In this document: piece by piece, positions 41,416-51,423 of the stretch | Position numbering within the stretch: position 1 is the stretch's first letter | How the letters are laid out: every line of letters begins with the position of its first letter | DNA from: an uncultured Verrucomicrobiae bacterium | Lineage (GTDB): Bacteria; Verrucomicrobiota; Verrucomicrobiia; Limisphaerales; Palsa-1400 | Length of the DNA: 64,000 bases | Assembly: GCA_963702845.1 (NCBI GenBank) | Contig: OY969763.1 | Location: 2,176,001-2,240,000 of the forward strand | Reading direction: 5' to 3' | Notes under the pieces: generated by a model | Told to the model about the DNA's origin: nothing | The model's database searches: none | Seen by the model: the letters and a program-made list of their open reading frames with translations, nothing else | Translations under genes and position numbers: made by a program

Positions 41416-44400
41416 TTGTTCAAGACTTCGTCCAGGTTCATCATTTCGTTGGCGACCATCGTATAGGCGGCGAGCGTTGGCGTATCGAGTTTTGGATCCG
41501 GTTTGGACTCGCCAACAGTCACCAGTGCTTCGGCGTCTTTCGGAGCCGTTTTGTAATGTGCCAGCAAATCGTTATAGGTTGATGCAGTGATTTTACGTTC
41601 CGCAGGTTTTAGCGGTCGATCCAAAAGATGTTCGGCGATGAAGTCGATTGCTTTGTCATTTTTCGTTTGTTTCAGGGCGGCTTGTGCAAGGTTGCGAGCC
41701 GCTTCAATAAATTGTGGATCATCCAATGCCGCGAGCGCCTGCAGCGGCGTATCGGTGCGCTCGCGACGAACGGTGCAGGTTTCACGGCTGGGCGCATTGA
41801 AAATTTCCATCGATGCGGGCGGGGCCGTGCGTTTCCAGAACGTGTAGAGGCTGCGACGGTAGAGGTTCTCGCCGGAATCGCGTTTGTAGACACGCGTGTC
41901 GCTGCCGATCATGGCAATGGCCTCCCAAACACCATCGGGTTGATACGGTCTCACACTTGGGCCACCGATTTTCGGAACAAGCAAACCGCTGGTGGCAAGC
42001 GCGTAGTCGCGAATCATTTCGGCATCCATGCGGTATCGTGGGCCGCGCGCGAGCAAACGATTCTCCGGGTCCTTTGCCAGTTTTTCAGGCGACACATTAG
42101 CAGCCTGACGATAGGTGGCGCTCATAACGATTTGTTTAAAGAATCGTTTCACATCCCAGTTATGTTCGCGGAAGTCGATGGCGAGCCAATCCAGAAGTTC
42201 GGGATGGGATGGCATCTCGCCGCTCACGCCCAGGTCGCCGACAGTGCGGACGATTCCTGTTCCAAAAACTTCCTGCCAAAAACGATTTACTGTAACGCGC
42301 GCGGTCAGTGGGTTCTCCGGTGCGACAAGCCATTTGGCGAGACCGAGGCGATTTTTTGGCCAATCCTTCGCCATGGGCGACAGTGCGGTTGGAGTTTCAG
42401 GAGTCACGCGATCTTTGCGTTTGGTGTATTCGCCACGCGAAAGAATATATGCTTCAGGCGCGTTGGTGCGCTCGTGCATGACGTGTGCCTCGGTGCCTCG
42501 AGCTTTGATAGCTGCCTCTTCTTCGTTCAGTTTGGCCACGGCTGCGGTGAGCCCCTGATAATTTGTGTCGAAACCGCTCAACCAGGAATTATAAAGATCG
42601 GAACGTTCTGTTTTGGTGCGTTTGTCGGCAGGCTTCGACAAAAGCCAGGCAAGGTGCATCCCCTGCCCTAGCGAAGTAACTTCGTCCGGTTTGAGCACGC
42701 GCGTATAAAAACGGAGATCTTGCAGGCCGGCTTTTTCGAGGGGCGACGATGTATTACGTTGGCCAATCGAAAGCGGGACTGTACGTACGGGTGGTGCTTT
42801 GAAGTTTATCGGCAGCAACTTCGATTTCTTGTGATTGACCATCTACGAAGATTTTCACACCCGCGGCCTTGTTCGCCCCATCGTAAGTAAGGCACAAGTG
42901 GGTCCAGCGGTTTGTCACGAACGCCTTTTTGCCGACTACCTTCCAAGCGTCGTCAGGCCATTGATGAATCAGGTGCGCTGCCGGCCGGCCGGCCTCAAAG
43001 CGGAGGTCCCAGCCAGTGAACCCGTTTTTGTCGTCCATGCGTGAGACCAACGTGCCATCGAGCGAATTCAGTTTTACCCAAACGCTAATACTATAAGGCT
43101 GATTATTATCGAAATCCCCGGGTTCTTTGAGCCGCGGAACATTACTGCTGCTTATCGTAAATGCTTTCTTCGCGATAACGCCATCTTGCCAAACGGTGTT
43201 TGTCGCCAAAGTCAGCAAGTTTGTTGCGCCCGAATATGTGTATCTGATCGTTCGGTCTTTATCCGCGAGCAAGGCATGAAAGACAGGCTCATCAGTAGGC
43301 ACATGTTTTTCGAACGCATTCGGTTTAGCGGTCGCCGAGGAATGTTTTGTAATCGGGACGAGCGCTCTTGCGGCGCTGCTTGACTTGTTTGTCAGCGGCG
43401 ATTTTGTCCTTTGGTAGACCTTCCCAGCGAACGCGATCTTCTGCTTTTGGAAGGACGATAGTGGGCGGCGTATTACGGATATTGCCGTCCATCGCCTTTT
43501 GTGTCGTATTATTGAAGAACGCTGACAATGAGTAAAAATCCTTTTGAGTAATCCGATCAAATTTGTGGTCGTGACAAACGGCGCAACCCGTCGTCAGCCC
43601 AAGGAAAACTTGCGAGGTGGTTTCGGTCCGGTCGCGCGCGTAAAGAACGAGATATTCATCATCGATTGCTCCGCCTTCGCTCGTGGTGATATTGCAACGG
43701 TTAAAGCCAGTGGCGATTTGTTGTTCGATGGTCGGTTTAGGGAGGAGGTCCCCGGCGATTTGCTCGATTGTAAATTGGTCGAATGGTTTGTTTGTATTGA
43801 AAGCGTTTATAACCCAATCGCGGTATGACCAAATCTCCCGGTAAAAATCCATGTGTATGCCATGGGTATCAGCGTAACGTGCGGCATCCAGCCAATAGCG
43901 CGCACGATGTTCGCCGTAGGCGAGTGAGGAGAGCAGATGGTCGACAAACTTTTCGTAAGCATTGGTCGATTTATCGTTAATAAATGCTTCCAGATCTTCG
44001 GTCTTGGGAGGCAGCCCGGTAAGATCGAGACTCACACGACGTGCCAACGTTCGGCGATCAGCTTCAGGATTTGGTTTGAGCTTTTCTTTTTCTAATCGAG
44101 CGAGAATGAAATTGTCGATTGGGTTTTGGACCCACCGTTTGTCCTTCACTTCGGGAACGGCTGGCATTTGTGGAGCTATGTAAGACCAATGCAGCTGATA
44201 CTTGGCTCCAGATGCGACCCATTGTTTCAACAAATCCTTCTGCGCCGGTGTGAGAACTTTATGAACCTTTTGAGGCGGCATCTGGTCTTCGTCGACCGCG
44301 CAGATGCGTCTGACCAACTCACTGGCGTCCATTTTCCCAGGAACGATCGCGATCTTCCCATCTTTAGCGGGCGCGGTTGCGTCTTCAAAACGATCGAGGC

Positions 44401-44578
44401 GCAGCCCGGCCTTGCGCGACGCCGAATCCGCGCCATGACATGGAAAGCAATTCTCGGAAAGAATTGGGCGAACGTCGCGATTAAACTCAATGCCTTTCGG
44501 TGCTTGCGGCGTGGCGCCCAATGGCAGCGTAACGCAGGCAAACATCAACATCATTATTAATAACCAGCGCGTAAACAT
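41412..44578 (-). CDS. PSCyt1/DUF1549/LamG/DUF1553 protein, split by two apparent frameshifts (~43330, ~42790)
   Basis: CFPCH and CAVCH haem motifs, NPIDNFI, WLDAARYADT, RVTVNRFWQ, PSHPELLDWLA, TPLQAL across three ORFs. Confidence 0.85.
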
Positions 44579-44824
44579 TCGATCAGCAGACGGTTAGGAC
44601 TATTACTTTGACGCACTCCACGCGCATATTCTTCAACAATTGATGCGCGGGATTTCCTATAGATTGTGCCGCAAATATAAAGCGCTTCCAACAAATGTTT
44701 CGGAGTATCCCTAGCTAATCTTCTGTTCGAGGCCTAGACGGAGTTTCCTTGAGGCCGATTAAAAACATAACGATAGGAACCCGTGATCAATTGTGAAGAA
44801 GAGGGCCATCTTCCTCTCGCCAAC

Positions 44825-45304
44825 TTATTTCACAGAACCGATTTCATATTTGAAAGTCGATCCGCCGATTTCGGCTGTCCACCGATCCCCCGCTTTTTTG
44901 CCCATCAAGTTTTGGCCAAGGGGTGATTGAGGAGTGATGACAATGATTTCCTTTTTGTCGAATTGCACTTCCAGTCCGCCGCCTTTTGGACCGATGAAAT
45001 AAGTCGACGTCGCCCCGTTCGTTTTTAATTCGATCACCGCACTGAGATCGATAGGTTCGCCCTTTGCGAAATCGCGGCCTTCGGATGTTTCATAGAGCTT
45101 GATCGCATCGATGATATCCTTGGCGGCGCGAGCTTGTCCGCCGGCAAGATAGGCAGCTTCAAGTCCGCGCGTATCATACTTCGATTCGGCTTTGCTACTT
45201 TCGTGCGTTGCCTCAGCGTGCGAGGCGCGCGCGGCTTTTTCGAGGACAGCAAGATTTTCGGACAGGCTGGCGATAATTTGAATTATTAATCGGCGTTTCT
45301 TCAT
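44825..45304 (-). CDS. GreA/GreB-family elongation factor-like protein
   Basis: KAESKYDTRGLEAAYLA, ITPQSPLG. Confidence 0.8.
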   Translation of the reverse strand: MKKRRLIIQIIASLSENLAVLEKAARASHAEATHESSKAESKYDTRGLEAAYLAGGQARAAKDIIDAIKLYETSEGRDFAKGEPIDLSAVIELKTNGATSTYFIGPKGGGLEVQFDKKEIIVITPQSPLGQNLMGKKAGDRWTAEIGGSTFKYEIGSVK

Positions 45305-45355
45305 TAAGACGAAGGCCAATTGTAATCCAACTGAACGAGGTATGGAATCTAGAAA

Positions 45356-45403
45356 TGGAGCCAGCTGTCGGGATTGAACCGACGACCGACGGTTTACAAA
45401 ACC
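45356..45403 (-). other. att site: displaced 3' 48 nt of tRNA-Thr(TGT)
   Basis: GGTTTTGTAAACCGTCGGTCGTCGGTTCAATCCCGACAGCTGGCTCCA; D arm and 5' acceptor strand absent; adjacent to integrase. Confidence 0.9.
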
Positions 45404-45489
45404 AACTACCACAATCAGAAAAGCCTTATTTTACAGCCTTTTTCATTATATAGTTTACATTTGCCCAATTATTTGCCCATAATGCGCGC

Positions 45490-46824
45490 ATGAAACCACA
45501 TGCAGGCAAATCCAAAACCAAACGGGCCGGCAAAGAACGTTTTCACATCATCCACTTTACCAACCCGAGCGGCGAGAAAGTTTTTCGCCTCGCTGGTTAC
45601 AAATCGGACGGCTCCCGTGTTCGCGAGAACCACAAGACCCACGAAGAGGCCATCGCCCGCAAAGCCGAACTCGACATCGAAGCTGCCAACATCATCACCA
45701 CCACGGCCACGCGCTTGAAAGCCACGCGCCTGACCGACGAGCAAGTCAAAGACGCCGAGCGCGCCTATGCCAAAGCCGGCAAACATCCCCTGCTCTTCAT
45801 TGTCGAATACTTCAATGCCAACTACCGCGAGCCTTTCCGCCAAATCACCGTTTCTGACGCAGTCGAAAAGTTCGTCGCGGACCGCAAAAAACAGAACCGC
45901 CGCCCGGACACGCTGCGCAATCTAAAAGGACGCCTGGGAATGTTCGTTCGCTTCTACGGCAAAAAAAATGTAGCCGAGATTACCACCGAGGATTGCCGCG
46001 ATTTCGTTTTCCGCAATGGCACATCGCCCCGCAATCAGATCAACGACCGCCTTGCAGCCTCAAACTTTCTCAATTGGTGCGTGCAGCGCCAGTATACCAC
46101 CACCAACCTCATGGCCGGCGTGGACAAGCCCGGCGTGGACACCGAGGAGCCATCCGTCCTTTCCGTCGCCGATTGCCGCAGCCTCCTTTCCGCAGCACGC
46201 GACTACAAAGATGGCCACATGCTGCCGTATGTCACCCTATCCTTGTTCGCTGGACTGCGGCCAACCGAAATCGCCCGCGTGACATGGGACCGCATTGACC
46301 TCACCGAAGGCACCATCACCCTGGATGGAAGCATGGCCAAGACTCGCCAACGTCGCATTGTCAAACTGCCAGACAACGCGCTCGAATGGCTGGTGCCGAT
46401 CGCTCCGAAGCGCCAGAAACTCAAGCCCGCCTCATTCAAACGCCACTTCGGCAGGGTCCAAAAAGCCGCTGGATTCGGGAATCAGGAGCTCGAAGAAAAG
46501 AGACAGGCCAAGAAATACGCCAAAGCCGTTGCCAAGGCCAACAAAGCCGGAAGGCCAACGCCGCCAGAGCCCGTGAAAGCCAATGCGCTCCGCCCGTGGA
46601 TTCAAGACTACATGCGGCACACGGCCATCTCGATGTATCTGGCCAAGCACAAACACGAAGGCGAAGCGGCAAGCTGGGCCGGCAACTCGCCCAACGTCAT
46701 TCATTCTCATTACAAGGGCCTTGTCAAAGAAACCGACGCCACCGAGTTTTGGAGCATCACACCGGCCAACGTAAAAAGCGACGTGGCCAAACTACCGACC
46801 GCAACCAAAGCTGCCGCCGCCTAA
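45490..46824 (+). CDS. Tyrosine recombinase/integrase
   Basis: AGLRPTEI (R), AKTR (K), DYMRHT, WAGNSPNVIHSHY (Y). Confidence 0.92.
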   Translation: MKPHAGKSKTKRAGKERFHIIHFTNPSGEKVFRLAGYKSDGSRVRENHKTHEEAIARKAELDIEAANIITTTATRLKATRLTDEQVKDAERAYAKAGKHPLLFIVEYFNANYREPFRQITVSDAVEKFVADRKKQNRRPDTLRNLKGRLGMFVRFYGKKNVAEITTEDCRDFVFRNGTSPRNQINDRLAASNFLNWCVQRQYTTTNLMAGVDKPGVDTEEPSVLSVADCRSLLSAARDYKDGHMLPYVTLSLFAGLRPTEIARVTWDRIDLTEGTITLDGSMAKTRQRRIVKLPDNALEWLVPIAPKRQKLKPASFKRHFGRVQKAAGFGNQELEEKRQAKKYAKAVAKANKAGRPTPPEPVKANALRPWIQDYMRHTAISMYLAKHKHEGEAASWAGNSPNVIHSHYKGLVKETDATEFWSITPANVKSDVAKLPTATKAAAA

Positions 46825-46888
46825 CACGCGGCGGTAGGCACGCGCCAGAACGCAACTAAGCAATAAAAACCGCCTCACCGGCAGCCAC

Positions 46889-49800
46889 ATGCAATCGAAT
46901 GATTGTCAAGGCGCATGCCTCGTGCAATCATCGCCTCTTAGCATACAAGCAGTGACAACCGATGCACAAAATCTTCCCATTGGCCAGCAGGTCTCCCTGC
47001 CCGGACATTTCGACGTGCTCGTCACGCTTGAAGCCGCTCGCCCACTGGCCAAGGGGTTCGAGTGCCGCGTCCGCATGCCTAATGGCACGCTTGAGGAAGC
47101 AGTAATCTCAGCCGAGGAAGCGGAGGCTTTATCGGGCACCGCACCAACAGCCAATGCAGCACCCGCATTGGGTGACGCTGACCAACTCCGCCTGCTCGTT
47201 GAATCGGCTCGCATCCGTCTCGCTTACGCTCACGACCGCCACTTCGCCGTCAGCCTGTCCGGCATACGCACATTGCCTCACCAGATCGAGGCGGTCTATC
47301 TGAAGATGCTACCCCAGCCCCGTTTGCGCTTCCTGCTTGCGGACGACCCTGGTGCCGGCAAGACCATCATGGCCGGTTTGCTAATTAAAGAGATGAAGCT
47401 CCGTGAAGCCATTGAGCGCATTTTGATTCTTTGCCCGTCCCCGCTGACCATCCAATGGCAGGACGAAATGCTCCGCTGGTTTGGCGAACCGTTCGACATG
47501 ATTTTTTCAGCGGTGGATCAACAGCAACTCACCAACCCTTGGCAGCGTTCGAACCAGGTCATTGCCTCCATTGACTACGCCAAGCAGGACGACGTCCGTG
47601 AGCGCGTCTGGCAACAGCGATGGGATTTGGTCATCATCGATGAGGCGCACAAATGCAGTGCCTACACAAAAAGCTCCTCCGGGCGTGGTGACGAAGTCTC
47701 CAAGACTAAGCGTTACCAACTGGCTGAACACCTCACGGCCCAACCCGCAGGCCACGTCCTCTTGCTTACAGCAACGCCTCATCATGGCGACGACGACCGC
47801 TTTGCCCATTTTATTCGACTATTAGACCCTGACCTGTTCCCCGAACCCCATCGCCTCGCAGCCAAGTCAGGCGAAATCCGCCGCGACATTCTTCGCTTGG
47901 GGCCCGATTGCCCTTGGGCTTTGCGCCGATTGAAAGAAGACCTTAAAGATATGCAAGGTCGCCGCCTCTTTCCCGACCGCCACGCCCATACACTCGCCTT
48001 TCGCCTTAATCGTGACGAATACGATCTCTACAAAGCGGTCACTGCCTACATCAATGAATTTCTTCCCCAAGCCAGCGGCAGCAAGAAACAAAGTGTTGCG
48101 CTCATTCGCACCGTCCTGCAACGCCGGCTCGCCAGTTCGACGCTGGCCATTTTTGAGTCCATCCGGCGACGTCTCGAAAAACAACAGACTCTTTTGACCG
48201 ACCTTGAAAATCTCCCGCCCGCGCAACGCGCCCGCCGCCTTGCCCAACTACAGGGCCGCCTGACCGATGCCGAGCAGGACGAGGACGACCTTGATGAAGC
48301 GGAGCGCGACCACCTGACCGACGAGTTCACCGTTGCGGTTGAACTTGATCAACTCCGGACCGAAATCGCCGCGCTACAGGAATTACTTTCCCGCGCCCGC
48401 CGTGTGCGCGACCAGGCCGGCGACTCCAAACTCGCCGCCCTTCAGGAGTGTCTCAAGCGCGCCGAGTTCAAGGAACTAACCGATGGGCGTGGCAAGCTCC
48501 TCATCTTTACCGAACACCGCGACACGCTTAGACACTTACGCCAACATCTGGAAACGTGGGGCTACACCGTCACCGAGATTCACGGCGGCATGAACCCGCA
48601 CGAGCGCAAACGGGCTCAGGAGGATTTTCGCACTTCACGTCAGATTTGTGTCGCGACCGAAGCAGCGGGCGAAGGCATCAATCTTCAATTTTGCCGCTTG
48701 ATGATCAACTATGACCTGCCTTGGAACCCAACGCGCTTAGAACAACGGCTTGGCCGCATTCACCGCATTGGGCAGGAACGCGACTGCCATGCCTTCAATT
48801 TCGTCGCGGCTCAATCCGAGGAAGGGCAGGACATCGTGGAGGGAAAAATTCTAACCCGGCTCCTCGAGAAGCTCGAACAAATGCGCGAGGTCTTGGCCGA
48901 CCGCGTCTTCGACGTGATCGGAGAAGTGCTTTCGCTCAACGACGTAAATTTGCCGGAAATGCTGCGCGAAGCTGCCCACGACCCCCGGCGCCTTGAGGAA
49001 TACCTCGACAAAATCGAGCAGGTTGACCCGGCGCGCCTCACCCAATACGAACAGGCCACCGGTATTGCGCTCGCCCGCGCCAACGTGGATTTCTCTGGCT
49101 TCCAGCGCGCCAACGTCGAATCCGAAGAACGCCGCCTGATGCCGCGTTATGTCGAGGAGCAGTTCGTCAAATCATGCGCTGAGCTTGGTCTCAAAATCGA
49201 ACTTCGTGCCGATGGACTTTGGCGGATTGAACACGTCCTGGCCGACTTGCGCTCCGACCGGCTTGAAGCCGTTCGCCGGTTGGGTAAACCCGACGCCGCC
49301 TATCGCAAGCTCACATTCCACAAGGGCGACTTGGACGAGGATCAGCATCTGGACGCCGTCCTGTTTGGGCCTGGCCATCCGCTGTACGCCGCCCTCGATG
49401 AAAAGCTCAATGAGAAGCTGATGCCGCTCGTTGGCGGCATGGCCGTTTATGTGGACGCCAAAACTCAATCTCCCTACCGCGTGCATTTTTTTGAGTTCAG
49501 CATTCGCGGGCAAAACAGCAAAGGCGACACTCAGACACTTTACGCTGAGCTTCTCGCCATTCGCGAGGAACCCAGCGTGCCGCTCGCCGAACGCTTCGCG
49601 ATTGTCCCTGCTGACTGTCTGATCGACTTGGCCGCTCACCCCGCGCCGCCGGAAAGTTTCAGCCCGCTTGCCCCCGGTCCGGCCGCTGATTTCCTGAAAA
49701 GCAGCTATCAAAGCGAACGTCGCCAAGCCTGTCAGGATGAACGGAAGCACTTTGTCGAAGTCTGCCGCGACTACCTGCAGAAATCTTTCAACGCTCGTTT

Positions 49801-50485
49801 GCGCGCGGCTCAGGACCGAGTCATGACTCTTCGCGCCCGCGAAGCGGCTGCACCGGAAGTGGCCGTCGCGCGCCAGCGCGCCGAGAATGACTTGGCTGAC
49901 TTGCAACGCACCCAAAAAGAACGCATGGCAGGCTTGGACCGTCTGGCGATCGCTCGGCATGGCCCCGTCCGGCACATCGCCACCGCCCTCGTTGTCCCGA
50001 CCACCGATGGCCCGCACACAGCGCTTACCGACTTGCTTACCGAGTTGGACCCTGAACTGAATCGCCAATGCGAACTGGCGGCGGAAGATGTAGTTATAGC
50101 TTACGAAACCGCTCGAGGCTGGGATTGTACCCGCGTTGGCCACGAAAAAATCGGCTTCGACATCCGCAGCATGGGCCGGTCCGACCCGCAGACCGGCTAT
50201 CGTGACCCGGTCACTAGCATTCGTCGCATCGAGGTCAAAGGACGGAAACGTGGCGCGACTATCCGCCTTACCACAAACGAATGGTACAAAGCCGTCCAGC
50301 TTGGCGACTCTTATTGGCTTTACGTAGTTTGGGATCCGTTGGGCACACCGGACGCCGAGCCGCTCCGCATCCAAAACCCGGCCAAGTATCTAGACCACGC
50401 CAAGAAGGAAGTCGTGGCAGCCAGGTATTTTGACATTCCCGCCAACGCCATTGAGCAGGCGGCCATAAGGATAAAGGAGCTATGA
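46889..50485 (+). CDS. SNF2-family helicase with C-terminal DUF3883/NOV-C nuclease
   Basis: LLADDPGAGKT, IIDEAH, LTATPH, TEAAGEGINLQ, EQRLGRIHRIGQ; GFDIRS...IEVKG...LTTNEW. Confidence 0.92.
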   Translation: MQSNDCQGACLVQSSPLSIQAVTTDAQNLPIGQQVSLPGHFDVLVTLEAARPLAKGFECRVRMPNGTLEEAVISAEEAEALSGTAPTANAAPALGDADQLRLLVESARIRLAYAHDRHFAVSLSGIRTLPHQIEAVYLKMLPQPRLRFLLADDPGAGKTIMAGLLIKEMKLREAIERILILCPSPLTIQWQDEMLRWFGEPFDMIFSAVDQQQLTNPWQRSNQVIASIDYAKQDDVRERVWQQRWDLVIIDEAHKCSAYTKSSSGRGDEVSKTKRYQLAEHLTAQPAGHVLLLTATPHHGDDDRFAHFIRLLDPDLFPEPHRLAAKSGEIRRDILRLGPDCPWALRRLKEDLKDMQGRRLFPDRHAHTLAFRLNRDEYDLYKAVTAYINEFLPQASGSKKQSVALIRTVLQRRLASSTLAIFESIRRRLEKQQTLLTDLENLPPAQRARRLAQLQGRLTDAEQDEDDLDEAERDHLTDEFTVAVELDQLRTEIAALQELLSRARRVRDQAGDSKLAALQECLKRAEFKELTDGRGKLLIFTEHRDTLRHLRQHLETWGYTVTEIHGGMNPHERKRAQEDFRTSRQICVATEAAGEGINLQFCRLMINYDLPWNPTRLEQRLGRIHRIGQERDCHAFNFVAAQSEEGQDIVEGKILTRLLEKLEQMREVLADRVFDVIGEVLSLNDVNLPEMLREAAHDPRRLEEYLDKIEQVDPARLTQYEQATGIALARANVDFSGFQRANVESEERRLMPRYVEEQFVKSCAELGLKIELRADGLWRIEHVLADLRSDRLEAVRRLGKPDAAYRKLTFHKGDLDEDQHLDAVLFGPGHPLYAALDEKLNEKLMPLVGGMAVYVDAKTQSPYRVHFFEFSIRGQNSKGDTQTLYAELLAIREEPSVPLAERFAIVPADCLIDLAAHPAPPESFSPLAPGPAADFLKSSYQSERRQACQDERKHFVEVCRDYLQKSFNARLRAAQDRVMTLRAREAAAPEVAVARQRAENDLADLQRTQKERMAGLDRLAIARHGPVRHIATALVVPTTDGPHTALTDLLTELDPELNRQCELAAEDVVIAYETARGWDCTRVGHEKIGFDIRSMGRSDPQTGYRDPVTSIRRIEVKGRKRGATIRLTTNEWYKAVQLGDSYWLYVVWDPLGTPDAEPLRIQNPAKYLDHAKKEVVAARYFDIPANAIEQAAIRIKEL

Positions 50486-51423
50486 ATCTGCCAATCCGAG
50501 CTGACACCCACATCACCGAAAGCGAATCTCGAAAGGTGCTCGCAGCCAAAGCGCCCAAGACTTGGCTGATTCGCGAATTGAACGAACGTGATTATGGAGT
50601 TGATGCCTACATTGAAATTTGTTTGAAGATGGACGAAGTCAATGTGGTCACCGGCGACTTCTTCCTTGCTCAACTTAAAGGCACAGAAACAGCCATCAAA
50701 TGGTTGAACGATACGCCGCCGAGACCCCGCTATTTCACTTTTTCTGGAACCAAGCAGGAAACCGTGAATTACTGGATGCGGCTTGGGGTACCTGTGTTCC
50801 TATTAGTGGTTGAATGCAATACTAACCGGGTATTTTTTGCCAATATCAAAGACCAGGTGCGCTCGCGATATAGCGAATTTTTAGGGCAAGGCAGTTTCGG
50901 CTTCCAGATGATTGAAGCTGCCGAACTCGGAACTTCGAACGGAGATAGGGTCCTGCATTGTGAATATGATCTGGAGAAAAATTTCGCGGAGTTTCAATCA
51001 AAGGCAGTCACCCTACTGTGTAGTTGGCAGAAATACCTCGATTTCATCGAAGCAAAGTCGGGTCTCGACTACCACATGGAAGTTGAGCCGGAAGACGAGC
51101 TTCATTTTATCCATATCTACCGAACGTGTAATTTTCTAGCCGCTTGGCTGGGTATTGAGTGGAATATCCGTCCGGTGAATCAACTTTATATCGACGAGGC
51201 CGCAAATTTTGGCGACATCTACGCGCTGCATAATCATACATTAAACGAGGTGTTGCCGCAGATTAACAAAAAGGTGATCGAAATTCTCCGGGAACTGTTG
51301 AAACTGGTGATGGTCACTGAGCGAGACTATTGGGAAGAACAAAATCCAGTCGTTTCACGGTTATGCTCGAATTTTTGGCATAACCAACATAACTACCCAA
51401 ACATTTTTCCTGACCCTAAATGA
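50482..51423 (+). CDS. DUF4365-family PD-(D/E)xK nuclease-fold protein
   Basis: RDYGVDAYIE...AQLKG...NYW....PVFL. Confidence 0.8.
   Translation: MNLPIRADTHITESESRKVLAAKAPKTWLIRELNERDYGVDAYIEICLKMDEVNVVTGDFFLAQLKGTETAIKWLNDTPPRPRYFTFSGTKQETVNYWMRLGVPVFLLVVECNTNRVFFANIKDQVRSRYSEFLGQGSFGFQMIEAAELGTSNGDRVLHCEYDLEKNFAEFQSKAVTLLCSWQKYLDFIEAKSGLDYHMEVEPEDELHFIHIYRTCNFLAAWLGIEWNIRPVNQLYIDEAANFGDIYALHNHTLNEVLPQINKKVIEILRELLKLVMVTERDYWEEQNPVVSRLCSNFWHNQHNYPNIFPDPK

Noticed and set aside
45356..45403. Functional tRNA-Thr
   Set aside because: 5' acceptor strand and D arm are missing, so it is an att duplication
45490..46824. Integrase as the IntI serving the cassettes
   Set aside because: Phage/island-type enzyme beside a tRNA att site, 23 kb away; no recognisable IntI-specific insertion
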